From Lingula anatina (taxonomy: Eukaryota; Animalia; Brachiopoda), in the NCBI GenBank assembly GCA_051362555.1, contig CM120642.1, forward strand, positions 4,402,001 to 4,466,000: DNA of 64,000 bases, in the 5' to 3' direction. Numbering within the stretch: position 1 is the first letter of the stretch; each line of letters starts with the position of its first letter. Shown here piece by piece: positions 1 to 14,200 of this stretch. Below the pieces are notes generated by a model. That model worked only from the letters and a program-made list of their open reading frames with translations, had not been told where the DNA came from and searched no databases. The position numbers and the translations under genes were made by a program.

Positions 1-7
1 ACATGCG

Positions 8-180
8 CTGTCACATCCACCACAGTTAATACATTAGCTGTCACACCTAAGACACTGTCACACCTAACACACTGTCACAACTAACACAACTTGTCACAAC
101 ACACTGTCACAACTAACACACTGTCACAACACACTGTCACAACTAACACACTGTCACAACTAACACATCACAATGTGACA
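8..180. repeat. Degenerate ~17-bp minisatellite (ACTGTCACAACTAACAC) in VgR intron
   Basis: About 9 imperfect copies of ctgtcaca(a/c)ctaacac. Confidence 0.8.
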
Positions 181-194
181 CTCACCCTACCTAC

Positions 195-3100
195 CACATT
201 GTCCACCCTCATCTGATCCGTCTCTACAGTGCTGGGTGCCATCACACACCTGCTGGTAGACCAGACACTCTCCACTGCCACACTGGTACATGTCTGCACC
301 ACACACAGCAGCTGGAAATGCATTGTTTTACCTCAATAAATTAGACTACATAATTTCACTACACTACTAATTTCACTTGCTATTCAACTTCTAATGAGTT
401 TCATCAGTCTATAATCTTTTAATTTTTACTTTACCTGAAAGTATTAATACATGGTTCAATAATCATAGCTATTACAGCTGAGCTCAGAAATATTGAAAGT
501 TTACCAAAAGTCACAATTTCTAACAACTTCAATGGTTACGTTTTAAAAACGCCACCCTCCTTAATGAATGGCTTGTGTTACATGCACACTATGTATGTTT
601 GCTCACTGTGTTATTGTTGGACAATAGTTTGGTTACTCATTGCAGCTGGGGGTGTTTTCCCCAGAGGTGTCACCTCTAATACCCCATGATAATCACTGTT
701 AACAATAGAGTAACTCTTGGTAACATAAGGTATCAAACAGATAACAATCTGGAGTGTTTATGAGCTCAACTGTTTACCATATTATTATTATTATTATTAC
801 TACTAAATAAGTGCTATAGTGAGGGGTTCCATCTGAATAATGGTTTTAAACCACTGACAATATAAAATATTATTGTGGTAAATCACACTTAGGGTATAAC
901 ATGCTTTTATGGAAACAACAAAACAGAAATATATGTCAGTAAAAGTGACATCTAGGGTGCAAAGCCACAGTATGTTGTCAAAATTTCAGATAAAAAAAAA
1001 AGAGTCCAGAAAAAATAGGTTAAAATAATTAAGAGAAGCAAAACTAAAAGAACACTACCACTGTCTATATTTCCATTATTGTCTTTCTTCTGCACCATAT
1101 CTGTCCTGGGGCGGCTACACTCAAACTCGTCCACTCCGTCTTCGCAGTCTCGGAAACCGTCACACACCCAGTGACCGGGTATACATGTATCATTATCACC
1201 ACAGAGGAACTCAGAAATGTCACAAGTGACCAGACCTAGAAGATAAAAATCACTGGTTGTCACAAACTGCTGTGAGACAAACAGTGGGTAGAGTGTGTCA
1301 CTCCTGGTGACTGAGACCACAGGAGATCTCAAAATAGTCAAATATTAAAAGTACATGTAACTGGAAACTGAAAACCATGCAGAGTCGTGATGATACAAGC
1401 AATTCTGTGTCATTCTGTACAATAAATTATTTCATCAGCTAGAGAGGCCTTATTGTTTGGCAGAGTAAGATTAGGAATCCAATCATTGATTTTCACTCAT
1501 TTTACACCTAGTGTATTACCATAATGATATATCCTATACCACAGTCCACGTAGAAAACAACTGTCCAGATATAAAGTCTTTCACATCATGAATGTAATAT
1601 ATCTTTCACACTTGGTGTTTTCTTCTCAACACCATTGTGGTATATTGGACAACAAGGTGTAAATGAGTGAGTCCGAGTTATTAAGATACAAATTTGTTGA
1701 AAATATCGCTAATGCCAGGCACTGTGTTATCTGTTATGTGTTGGTTACATAATCTTTACCACAGTTTTTTTCATCCTCCCCCAGAGGGCACTGCTGGTGC
1801 TCATCACAGACCTGGTGCGGTGGCAGACAGGGGCCCATGGTACATTGAAACCAGGGGGGAGAACACTCAGATGCCACACCTGAAATAAAATGCGATATCT
1901 CAATGAGATGTCAGGAATACAGGGATGAGACTGCCAATTGGTGAAAAAGTCAGTAAATAGGGGGACATGGGGTCCAGTGGGCCACCTAGGCCAATGATAG
2001 TTTTGGCTCCCAAAAAGTCAAAAAATCTGTTGATAGTGGGAAAAATCTCATCCTTAGTAATAGATAACACTTTGTTGATTCTATGTGAAATATCTATAGT
2101 CTCCTGTGACAATCAAGTACATATCTCTGCATATTTGCAAAGGTTGTTGCTGTGATAACTCAAAACACCAAAAGAACAAGACCAATTAACATACAGGAAC
2201 ACCCCCAAAATCAGTAATTTGAATTTGATTGAAATTTATCCAAGTCAAATTGCATGTGCTGGGGCAAAATGGCACACACTCATGTTTGTATTCTGACAAA
2301 TAACAAACATGTTTTTAAATCTCAGTTAGTGACATTTTTATAGCTGGTTACCAAACAATCAAAATACAGTCATGCAACCACATTATAAAATAGAGTCATT
2401 TCAGCAAAGGTTTTCACATTACCACAGGTCACTTCATCTGAGTGGTCAGAACAGTCAGGTTTCCCGTCACACCTCAGAGACTTGGCTATACAGGCGTTGT
2501 TCCCACATCGCCACTCCTCTGCCTGGCAAGGAGCCAACAAGCCTGGAATTTAGCAAAATTAATTTACATCATTCAGTTTATGTTGGTAAATTCAAATTAA
2601 CTTTTACTGGGAGCTTCTTGTTGGACATAAAGGGATATGTTTAATAATGTAAAAACAGAATTATTAATAATTAAGTTAATTCAAAGCACCTGTCCTGATA
2701 ATTTATTACTAGCTAAGGAAAAAGTAAGGACGTTTAAGTAAAGGATTGAAATCTATGTATCCCCAAATCGAGCACTGCTTAAACTCCTGTCATTTAGTTT
2801 GGACATTTTTCTATTCACAAAAAAGAATGATTTATAATTAAGTCAATTCAAAGCAACTGTTCTGATAATTGATTACTAGGGAAACTTAAAGGTGTGACAC
2901 CTTCATGTCCCCAAATCAAGAACTGCTCAAAGTCTAGTTAATGATGAGAAAAACTTTACTATCCACAAAAGAGAATAATGAATAATTAAGTCAATAATTC
3001 AAAACACCATTTCTGATAATTGATCACTAGGAAAAATTAAGGATATTGATTCAGAAGTAAAAGGTGTGACACTAAATTACATGTCCCCAAATCAAGAACT

Positions 3101-5095
3101 GCTCAAAGTCCAGTTTATAATGAGAAAAACTTTACTATCCACAAAAGAGAATAATAAATAATTAAGTTGATAATTCAAAGCACCTGACCTGATAATTGAA
3201 TACTAGGAAAAATTAAGAATATTGATGTAAAGGTGTGATCCTAAATTACATGACCCCAAATCAAGAACAGTTGCTCAAAGTCCAGTTATTTATGATGGAA
3301 ACAGTGTATGCTGGTTTGTGATAGTGTTATTGTCTATGAGAGGAAACAGCTGAAAGCAAAAGTTGCTCCAGCAACTTCCACAGAGAACTTGCCATCATAG
3401 CAGCAGCAGTCATTTTTTGCTAAAACTGAACTTCAGCTTACCAAGACAATGTTTCTCTTGATGCTAAACAGCTTTGTTTGCAACCATTTTCCAAGGAAAA
3501 ATTAAGGATACTGAAGTAAAGGTGTGACACTGACATGTCCCCAAATCAAGAACTGCTCAAAGTCCAGTTTATTATGAGAAAAACATTTCTATCCACAAAA
3601 GAGAATAATTAATAATTAAGTCGATAATTCAAAGCACCATTTCTGATAATTGATCACTAGGAAAAATTAAGGATATTGATTCAGAAGTAAAAGGTGTGAC
3701 ACTAAATTACATGTCCCCAAATCAAGAACTGCTCAAAGTCCAGTTTATTATGAGAAAAACATTTCTATCCACAAAAGAGAATAATTAATAATTAAGTCGA
3801 TAATTCAAAGCACCATTTCTGATAATTGATCACTAGGAAAAATTAAGGATATTGATTCAGAAGTAAAAGGTGTGACACTAAATTACATGTCCCCAAATCA
3901 AGAACTGCTCAAAGTCCATTTATTTATGAGGGAGACTTTTCTGTCCACAAAAGAGAATAATTAATAAATAAGTCATTAATTCAAAGCACCTGTTCTGATA
4001 ATTGATTACTAAGGAAAATAAAAGATGTTAAAGTAAAGGTGTGACACTAAATTATATGTCCCCAAATCAAACACTGCTCAATGTCTAGCTATTTATAATG
4101 GAAACAGTCTATGCCAAATACTTTTTAAATGAACAGCCCTTTGGCTAAGCTGGGTTAAAAAATTCACTAACCCAAACCAAAAAACATTAGCCTGAATATA
4201 AATAATTCATTTAAACAGTTTAAGCAGATTTTGTAAAGAGTTGTACTATCAAGCTAAGTTTACATTAACCGTTTAAAAAATAACGGGTATCTAATTTTCC
4301 TGTCAGAAGACGGTCAAAAATGAACGGATCAACAAACTTTAAGATAATTTGGAAGACAGTCAGAAAATATCTCTGAATCCGCTCCTGTATAATTCCTGTT
4401 AAATCCATCCCAAATCTCTTACCACAATCTCGGACCTCATCCTCTCCCCCTTCGCAGTCTACAGCCCCATCACAGTACCAGGAAGTGGGAATACAGCGGC
4501 CATCTTGACACTGAAACTCCTCAATGGTGCATGTGCGGTTCCTGCAGGAACTTTCGTCGCTGTTATCTGGGCAGTCCTGGGTGCCGTCACACACCCAGTG
4601 CGCCTCTATGCATGGCATACCAGACACACACTGAAACTGTCCTGGCTTGCATGTCACTGCACCTAAAATACATATGTAAACAATATCAAAATATTATAAT
4701 ACATGTACATACACCGCGCAAGAATTTCTGTCCTCTTTACTTAACTTACATTGACTTGCATTCAAGTACCAGAAACTAAATTTACAAAAACTTGCATGGT
4801 CTTTTTCGTTTTCTGTTTTTCTTTTTTTCCAACTAAAATTTAGTAAAAACTCTGTTTCTGCCTTTCTGCCTAGAAAACAACTGTCAAGCACCAGGGGTAG
4901 TCCCTGTGGCTTGTCTATAGCATATAGTTTCATTGACCTACCACAGTCTGTCTCATCAGAGAAGTCTTCACAGTCCACATCCTGGTCACACTTCCATATA
5001 CTGTGTATACACTGACCATTGGTGCACTGGAACTCATACTCTCTACACTGGTGTCCTAGTGGAGAATATAGACACAGATAGGGTATGTTGATATA

Positions 5096-5145
<50 letters not shown>

Positions 5146-5197
5146 CCTGAAGATATTGCTGAAACTGGTTGGGATGCAAAAAGTCAATATTGTTATG

Positions 5198-5239
<42 letters not shown>

Positions 5240-8200
5240 AGTAATTAAGGCTGCAGATGCATGTGATGGTTATACGTCCAGACACAGTGTCTGTCCATAA
5301 AAAAAAACATAAATGCAACCAGATTTGACAAATTCCTTATCATCATTACTTTGAATTTATTACAGTACTAGTACATGATGTACCGTACATGAATATGACC
5401 AAACATTCAAATAAATTGATTGAGTAATCCATGTATCTTTTACAAATAGATATATACTAATTGTAATTATTCAATGAACATATACAGCATTTACTAGTAA
5501 TTTAATACTGCAGCAATAAGTGAATTATATTACAATATCAATAAACATTAGTTAGAAGTGTGTAACAACCTGTACAATCTTTCTCATCTCTGTTATCTTC
5601 ACAGTGTTTTTGTCCATCACACATCAGTTCCTTAGAGATACACTTTCCATCACACTCTATGTGGTCCTCTGGGCAACCCTGCACTGTAAATGTTACAGTA
5701 ATAACTTGATAATTAATAACAAGTGTAAGGTCTGGACATTATAGTTAAATGGCTAACACAAATACCACACAATGTACGACTTTCTCATTATCTGTAATAA
5801 AATGAACTGAACACACATGCACCTTTTGATCAACAACCCAGTCTTTTGTCACATATGCACAACCTTGGTCCTGCAGCCATATTGCTCTCAAAAGTTCATC
5901 TCTGGGAATTAAAAAAATTCCAATCTGATTTTCAAAATGTGTTTGCAGTGTGGTAAGCTTTCACTACTTTACCTCTGTACGTGTATTGCCGATGTACCAT
6001 GACAATCGGACTTCCCTAAAATCTGCCTCCCCAGTCAAATTTTCATAATGAAAATGTTACTCCCCCCATAAAGTTTTGACTCCCAATCCCCCCACAAAAC
6101 TTAATAAATCTTTTTTTATTTGAGTATATGACTTTTTTCTTAGTATGCATAATGGAGGATACATTGGCACTTTTTGTTAGTTTGCAGGTGAAAATTTTCA
6201 TGAGAAAATAAGAAAATTAAAAATGTGTATTTTACCACCATGATATTTGGTGATCATTTCAAGATCTTTCCTTTTAGTATACTTCATGAAGAATACATTG
6301 GAAATACTTGATAGTTTGATGGTAAAATATTGGGTCACCGTGACTTTTGCCAGCAATGCAATGTCAACAGTTCTTAGTAAAATTGACACCTTCCATGCTA
6401 AAATCAATTGCTTCCTGAAGAAGTTCTCTTTAAGGATGTAATTATTATGCTCATCCAGGTAAGCAAATGGGTTTTTGCAATCTACTGCCTTAAGATTCCT
6501 GATCACAGATAATGATCATCACTTAAATCCAATTTTATCTCTTATAAGCAGGTATGCCATGGCTATAATTACAAAGATCAGCAAAGGAAATCAACCAGGT
6601 AAATAGCTCATCCTCCCTGACACTTTATTTCATCCTCACTGACACAAGTTGTCAAGCATTGTGAAGTATGATACCATCAGAAAAAGTCTGACTACTTAAG
6701 CACAGAAGTCAATACAATCCCCCATGTTTTTTTTTTAGTTGTTTTACCCCATTTCTGTTGGACTTGCCAGTTGCTAAGACGTGTGATGTCAGCTTGACTG
6801 TTAGATCATTTTTCTTGTCTAGTCCAAAAAAAGAATCTTCACAAGTGAAACTCAAGAAGCTTGCATGAGCTAATCAACAGAGTATGTTAGAATTTGATCT
6901 CTGGCAAGAACACAGCAGCGAGTGGAGGTCCCATTTCCAGTCTCTGACAGCTTCAATTTAGCACACGCCTTCTAGCACACCATTATCTAACCATAATATG
7001 CTATTCTAATCCCTGTTGTCACCCCACTGCCAAAGTAATAGTGGGCAAGACATATGCCATACCCTGCAGTCAAGATGCATATATTCAGCAAAAATCTCAA
7101 CAAGTTGAGATTGCTGAAAATGCATGTGCTAAGTTAAGCTGTTACAACTTCAATGGAAATGCATCCCAAATAGAAGAATACAAAGGGCACACATGTATGG
7201 AGACACGCTCACAGCCTGGCATTTGATACTGAAAGCAGAGTACAAAATGCTTGGCATGACTTTTCAGACAAGAAAATAATGCTCAAGTAAAATTCAGGAA
7301 TGGATATAATATTAATTTTCAACCAGTGCATACATGACAAAGGAAAATGTGGTCCACAATATATGATTATTTAAGATTAAACATAACTTAGAGAATAAGC
7401 TAGCTGATGAGTTTATGTGGAATCTACTAGATGTGCTTCAATTCAATTCCATTGGTAACTCCAGGTTTATCAACATAAGCTTAATCCTGAGAACTTACAT
7501 GGTTCACAAGTTTTGTCCTTCACTGTCATCCCTTCTGGACAAGAACAGACAAAATGGCCGCCAGGTTTAGCAAAACAAAGATGACTACAACCTCCATTAT
7601 CTGCAGAACATGCATTGGTACCTGAAGGAACATAGCAGTATTACAGAGATGCCTACATGCAGCAATAAATATTAATAACAACAGTAAATTCAACAGAAAA
7701 TTAATGTCAATTTTTATATTGTTGTTTTTGTATTGCCAGGTTTATCAAAGTACAGTGTATATACTGTAATTATATCAGAGATGAAATTGCAATATATGGG
7801 AATCTAGAAAAAATTCATTAACCATTTATTGGTAATAGTAGCTGTAAATTTGCAGCAGGCCTGATATTTTGCCAACAATCAGACAAAGGGAGGTGAAAAT
7901 ATAACCTCCTTGGCTGAGGTAATATTATATATCTACAGTATATGTTATCCAATATGCAGGCAATTACACAGGGTTAATACAATTGTCAACACAGTGATGC
8001 TGATATTACGGAGAAATCACACAGAATACATCAGTTTCTAATTTTCTCAAAAACCTTCTTGCAAAAAATGCAAGGCGAAATGGTTTTCTTATATCACCTT
8101 GTTGTCGTGATGCTGCCATGGCAACAATTCCCATCATGCCCTCATAGTTGAGGAGTTGTCCCTGATGTCCGCCATCCCATTTGTTTGCGTAATGAAGATG

Positions 8201-11200
8201 TGTAGTGTCCCAGTCCGTCCAGTATATTCTTTGCTGTAGTACCGTAATCGAGAATGGATGGGGAACATTCCTGTAATACATAATACCTATACAATGCTCA
8301 ATATGAAAATGTCCTCATATGATGGCCTTCACATATGCCATAACACAGCCTCTTTATGGTTAAAACTTATGGGAAACGTACACCTTTTTACACTTCATTT
8401 TATAGCATAAAGTTATGAACATTATAAACATCCCAAACATATCATCATTTTCAGATATACAATTTTCTGATATACAAACAAAAATCATATTTTTCACCTA
8501 ATTTTTTTTTCCTTCTTAAATTATTTCTGTATCATCCATTTCAAGTTGTATGGACAAATCAAATTATAAATTGTGATATACTGAAAGTAATCCATAAAAA
8601 TTCAGTGTGTTGTTACTGTATCTTGAAGTTTCTGAATCAGTACGTAATTGCTAGGGCACAAAAGTAAGATTTGAAGTTTGTGGGATTTCACGAGATTTTT
8701 TTCACTTCTGGGGACGTAAGATATTGCAAAACAGTCTAAACAACAGTGACTACAGCTGTCTACATGGTTTTCTGCAGTTTTAATGGCAAGAGTCATAATC
8801 AATCTGACCCAAATGGTCATCTACTTTACTTTAAAATTATGTAATCATCCTTTAATCCTTAAATATCAGGGGCACGTGGGTCGTGCCTGTAAACTATTTA
8901 AGTCTTTTGCATTAGGTGATTATCAGATAGAGTAAAAAAAATTTAATATTGCTGGGATTAAGAAATCCAAAACTTTCATGTTTTTACCTACAGTATACAA
9001 GTATCTTTAATTATAATTATGGTAAAAAATGTACTTAAAATATCTATCAAAATATCACATCTTTTTTTGACCAATTGTGTTTTAAAAAAAATTAATTTGG
9101 TCAAAATAAATAGATAAATCTTTTAGGCAACTTTTTTATAATCAACAAAATCAACAAAAACTTCCATCACAGCAATGGTCTTAAAATTAAAGCCGCAGAG
9201 ATAGTGTATCTCTATCCTGGATTATGTAACCATTATGATGGTAATGGAAGAATCCTAATAACACTTCTATACTACATGTAGCTGATACCTGTTACATCAA
9301 TCATTAATGGAAAAAAAAAAAACTGGTCTGAGTGGGAATCAGACCCAGGTTTGGCAGCCAAGGACCTTACCACTCGGCCAGCAATTCTGCTATCTGATGT
9401 AGTGTTATTGACAATATATGATTCTTGTCACACATGCCAAAGCTTTACGAATATTGCTGAAAGCTAGAAAATGCCTTCAAAACATAATTATAACAGTTAT
9501 AATAAAATTCAAACTATGATCACTATATTCCCACTGCCCTGAGGTAATGCTAATACCTGTCAGTTGTCAACAGATCATTGCATGCAGGTTGGGAGAAAAA
9601 CATGAAAAGGAGACTTCTACTGATCTCCTATTACTAAATAGATTGGAAAAATAAAGAAAACACTGTCTTCATGTAACTTGATATAACCATTCAGCTAGAT
9701 ATGTGTTATGACTGACATTTAGCTGGCATGAGAATCATTCATTTTTGAGACAGGAAAATCAATATATACATATAATTGATATATATTAATATGTCTGCAC
9801 GTCCATGATACTGGGTAACAACAATGGGTTATCATCTTTGAAAGTCTGCCTAAAAATTCCTATGTGTTGGATTACAATTGGGGTGCTTTCAGGTGAAAGG
9901 GGTGGAGTAATCTAATAATAACAAATAAATTCGTGTTTCCAAACATCGCTGTGTATTTTACACTTTTAAATTCTTAGCCAAAAATGACACTCAAAGGGGC
10001 CATTCAGAATGAGAAGAGGCGAGTGCTAGCTGGTCCACGGCCTAAATATGGCCGACCAACATGAAATGAAGACCGCTTAATCCTGTAATGGTCTCTCTGC
10101 TTCTTTCAAGCCTCCCCACGCGTTGTCCCTTGAACATATTGCAAAATATGATGCATATTCTAAGCGAAAAGCGTCCTCACAAGATCGGTGCCATGTTGAA
10201 ATTTCGATGCCCTTGCCCCATTGTTGTTACCGACTATGGTGCATAGATAGAAAGATAGATAGATAGATGCTATAATTTGTGACAACAATCTTTAGGCTTA
10301 AAGAATTTGACTTGCCTTACAACCACCCTTCTCTCCTGTCCATCTAAGCCTGTCGACTCTATGTGGTCAAAGCGGGCATCGCACCAGTAGAGCCTGCTGT
10401 CTTCATAGTCTATGGTCAAACTGTTTGGCCATCCAAGGCGGTCAACCAGGACCTTCCTGTTCTTGCCATCCAGATCACTACGTTCTATTACAGGACTTAC
10501 TCCCCAGTCTGAGAAATACAGGTGTCTGTAATAATTGACAAATAAATATTTTGATACATTAACATGTCAGTCACTTATGCATGCGAAGCGAATTTTTGGC
10601 CACAAAAACCTACCAAACGCCAGCATATAGTTTCAAATAGTATAGCTAAGAGAATTACCAAAAGATATTGTTTAATAATACCCAAAAAATGATATCTGAA
10701 AGGACTTTTCTGCTATTTTTCTATGCTGTATATACATAGCGCTAAAAAGTAGATCAATGACATGTAAGTAGGTTTTTCTGACCAAAAAATTTAAAGAAAA
10801 GGCAGTCAAAAGCTCTTATATGGCTAATCGAGTGATTTATTCAGTTTATCCCTTGGCATGTTGACTTTATTTGAGTCGTATAAGAAACTAGTAGAAGTGG
10901 TTTACATGTGTTACTGGATACCCACGCTCTACCAATGCTCGATTCATATGTACCTTTAACTAAAGGACAGATGCACAAGTAAATAGACTAACAGACTCAA
11001 ACTGACAAACAAGTATAAGGTCGCATTCACATCGACTTGAGCCATATGGCTCTACAAAGCCACGACCTAAATATGGCAGACGTACATGAAAGGAAAACCG
11101 CCTAATCTTTTAATAGTCTCTCCGCCTCTCACACGCCTCCCCGTGTGTCGTCCCAATGGAGCAGTGTTTTAATGACTGTACCCCTGCAGGGACGACATAT

Positions 11201-14200
11201 GGGGAGGCTATTAAAAGATAAGGCGGTATTCCTTTCATGTACGTCCGCCATATTTAGGTCGTGGCTTTGTAGAGCCATGGCTCAACTCGATGTGAATGTG
11301 GCCTAATATGTATACGGATGGGTACTCTTTCTTGAAACAACTTTAAAATAATCGATATACCTACTACATGCTCACATTATACTTTATGCATTACATTCTA
11401 CCAGTTGCAGAATACCAAGGCTAACTAAGCTGAAATGTACCCTTTCCTCATTTTGCACAAAACTAGCACCATTATTATCCATCATATCTCAGGATAATAA
11501 CCTTAAAATAATCAATAATTTACGCTGCACAGACTGAGACAAGAGAATTACCAAAAAGGGAAAACATTTACATCTGGTCTTAAATGTGCCCCCCCTCCCC
11601 CCTCCCCCCATAAGAAAATTCAGAAAAAAATTTTCTATATACATATTCTTGATGCAATGTAGGCACTTGGGATCAACTGGGTGGTCAAAATTAATATCAT
11701 GAACAGTGGCGGATCCAGAGATATTTTCTGACAATCTTCCAAATGATATTTGTTGCGCCATTCCCCATTTTTGACCATCTTCCGACAGTAAAAATTAGAT
11801 ACCCGTCAACGTAAACTTGAAAATCTGGAAGACCCAGAAGACGGCCTAAATCTGCCGCTGATTAACAATACCAGGCTGAGCAACAAAGTCCAGCTCACTG
11901 AAACACTGTTTGATAGACACTGTAATTGTAATTACGACATTTACCCATTTAGAGGGTGCACTGCTAACCCTCGGGGGCGATCCAAATATTTGTAGAGTAA
12001 GGTTTTTCTTGAGCTGCCATTGAGTCTTGATACTTCTATTAATGCCTAGAAATGAAAATCATTGTAGTAGTATTTAACTGTTTGAGGCCGCATATTTAGG
12101 AACTGATTCACTGATTATCTTAAAAAACAATGAAATAATTAGAAGAAGAACCAATTTCATAAAAAGCCCCAATACACAATCATGAGACAGTATTGTAAAA
12201 CTAGTTTTAAATACAATGTATTTAAAATAGTTCACAGATAAAATAGACATAAATTAAAGCTAGCAAATATAAAAGCAAGAACAGCAAAAAACATTGCAAA
12301 AATATTTTCAAAAAGTTAATAAACTTTATGAAAATAATCCAACCCAAACAAAATCAAAAACAGGCATAAACATAAATAATACAATGGACAAAACACAGTA
12401 AAAATAAACAATTATTTGCTTTGATTTTGTCTGACATTAGTAAGGGTGGCATATTCTCATTGGCAAGATTTTTAACTACTGCATTTGCATTGCGAGAGGA
12501 GATAGTGAAATGAATTTAATTCACAGTGTTGATTAAGAACATGACTATCATAACGTTTACATTCTTTGAAAATTGTTAAAAAGAGGACTAGCTATTACGG
12601 ATATGTCATATTTATTCAGTGTACATCAAAGGTTTTATTACAAGTGGTAAAATTGTGGTGAAATTTTATATGTATTTTGGGTCGGAGGCCTTAAATTACG
12701 GAATAAACATCATCATCATCAATAAATCCTATCAAACCAAGTTTCAAATGTAACGTGCCTCATTAACATTCAAATCCACTCCGCAAATTTGCAGTAGAAC
12801 AAAAATCTGATTTCAATTAGCATTTATGGGGTTAATGTCACAAAAATACATGAAAAAATTCCAAAAAGCAGAGTTGCGTGAAATTTAATCTGATCATGCT
12901 CATTTTCAAAAGGAACTTTTTTTTTTCAAAGACGCAATAATCTATATTCCAACATAGACTGCATGACACTTTAAATTTCATGATGTGTGTAAACCTTTTA
13001 AGAAGATGTATTATTTATAAATCACTTAGAAAGACCTTGGTTACAAAAATGCACGTTTGGCCTACTCATTCTGACATAATAACCAGTAATAAATCAATCT
13101 TTTCAATGGGGAAAGATTATTCTAAATGGCCATAAAGCAGTATTTTCATGAGTCCTTTGGAGAAGATTCAGTCTCTCTCTTGCTCTCTCTCCCTCTCTCT
13201 CTCTCTCCCTCTGTGCTACATCCAAACAAAACATATTGTTTTCAGAGGTTCTTGTGCAATCATTCTTTTGACATCAAATCTTTATTTCTATCAGATACGG
13301 TAAAATCTTGAAATTTCTGCACTGAAAAAATTATTAACTTTCTCATAGGTGATAATCTGAATTTCTCAAAAATGTGCTTCCACTAGAAATTGATTATTTT
13401 TTCTTTCTTACATCTTGCAAGCTTCCTGTGAAATGTTTATCATTTTTTCAATGTCTTCTCATCTGGGTCTGGCCAGAAATACATTTTTTGCCAGTGTAAT
13501 ATATTGTGACTGTTAAACCCCAATATCTCATTTTTCATTGCAATAACTTCAAGTTATTGAACTTTGAAATTACATTTTATTGGAGCCACCTGATATTATA
13601 ACATTCATACAAGATGTATACAAATTCATAATTTCAAATTTAAATAAAACAATAAATAATAATTTAATTTCAAAAACAGAGGCCCAATGAGATCATTCAG
13701 CCTCATTAAGAGGTTCATCGATGTCACTGAAAGCTTAATTAACAACTGACAACAATGTTGAATATGTGCATAAACTTGAAAATCTGCTGAGTTGTGCAGG
13801 ACACCATGGACTCAAGAAAAAATTAGCCATGCAGATTCAAGAGTTTAACATTGTTTTAATGTTTGCCCATTGCCATCTGATCAGGTTTTGTTTCTTTGAA
13901 TCATTAAGTATGAGTAATATGGAAGAAAGCTAGCAGGTTAACTTCTCACCATCCGCCTCCTCAGAAGCTAGCAACCAAATGGGTAAACCATCATCTGCAT
14001 ATTGCAGGCAGCCGCTCAAAGGGACACATTATTTTTCCAATCAAGATTATTGGCAAGGTTCTCATGACTCAAGTTTCATCTCCCCAATTAAACAAAGTCA
14101 GACAACATAACTATGCACAAGACAAAATGTTCTTGAAATTTATTCCAGTCTATTTTGAGTTTTGATACATTTTTCAATATGAAAAAATTTTGACAGTGGA

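Noticed and set aside
607-695. Extra VgR exon between the last two LDLa exons (AG at 696, GTGAGC at 606)
   Set aside because: Stops in all three frames
2650-4110. CRISPR-like array (repeats with one unique insert)
   Set aside because: Eukaryotic intron, 176-bp contiguous units, no regular spacers, no cas genes
12594-12722. LINE 3' end (AATAAA + (CAT)n)
   Set aside because: Tail is suggestive, but there is no TSD or coding remnant to set boundaries
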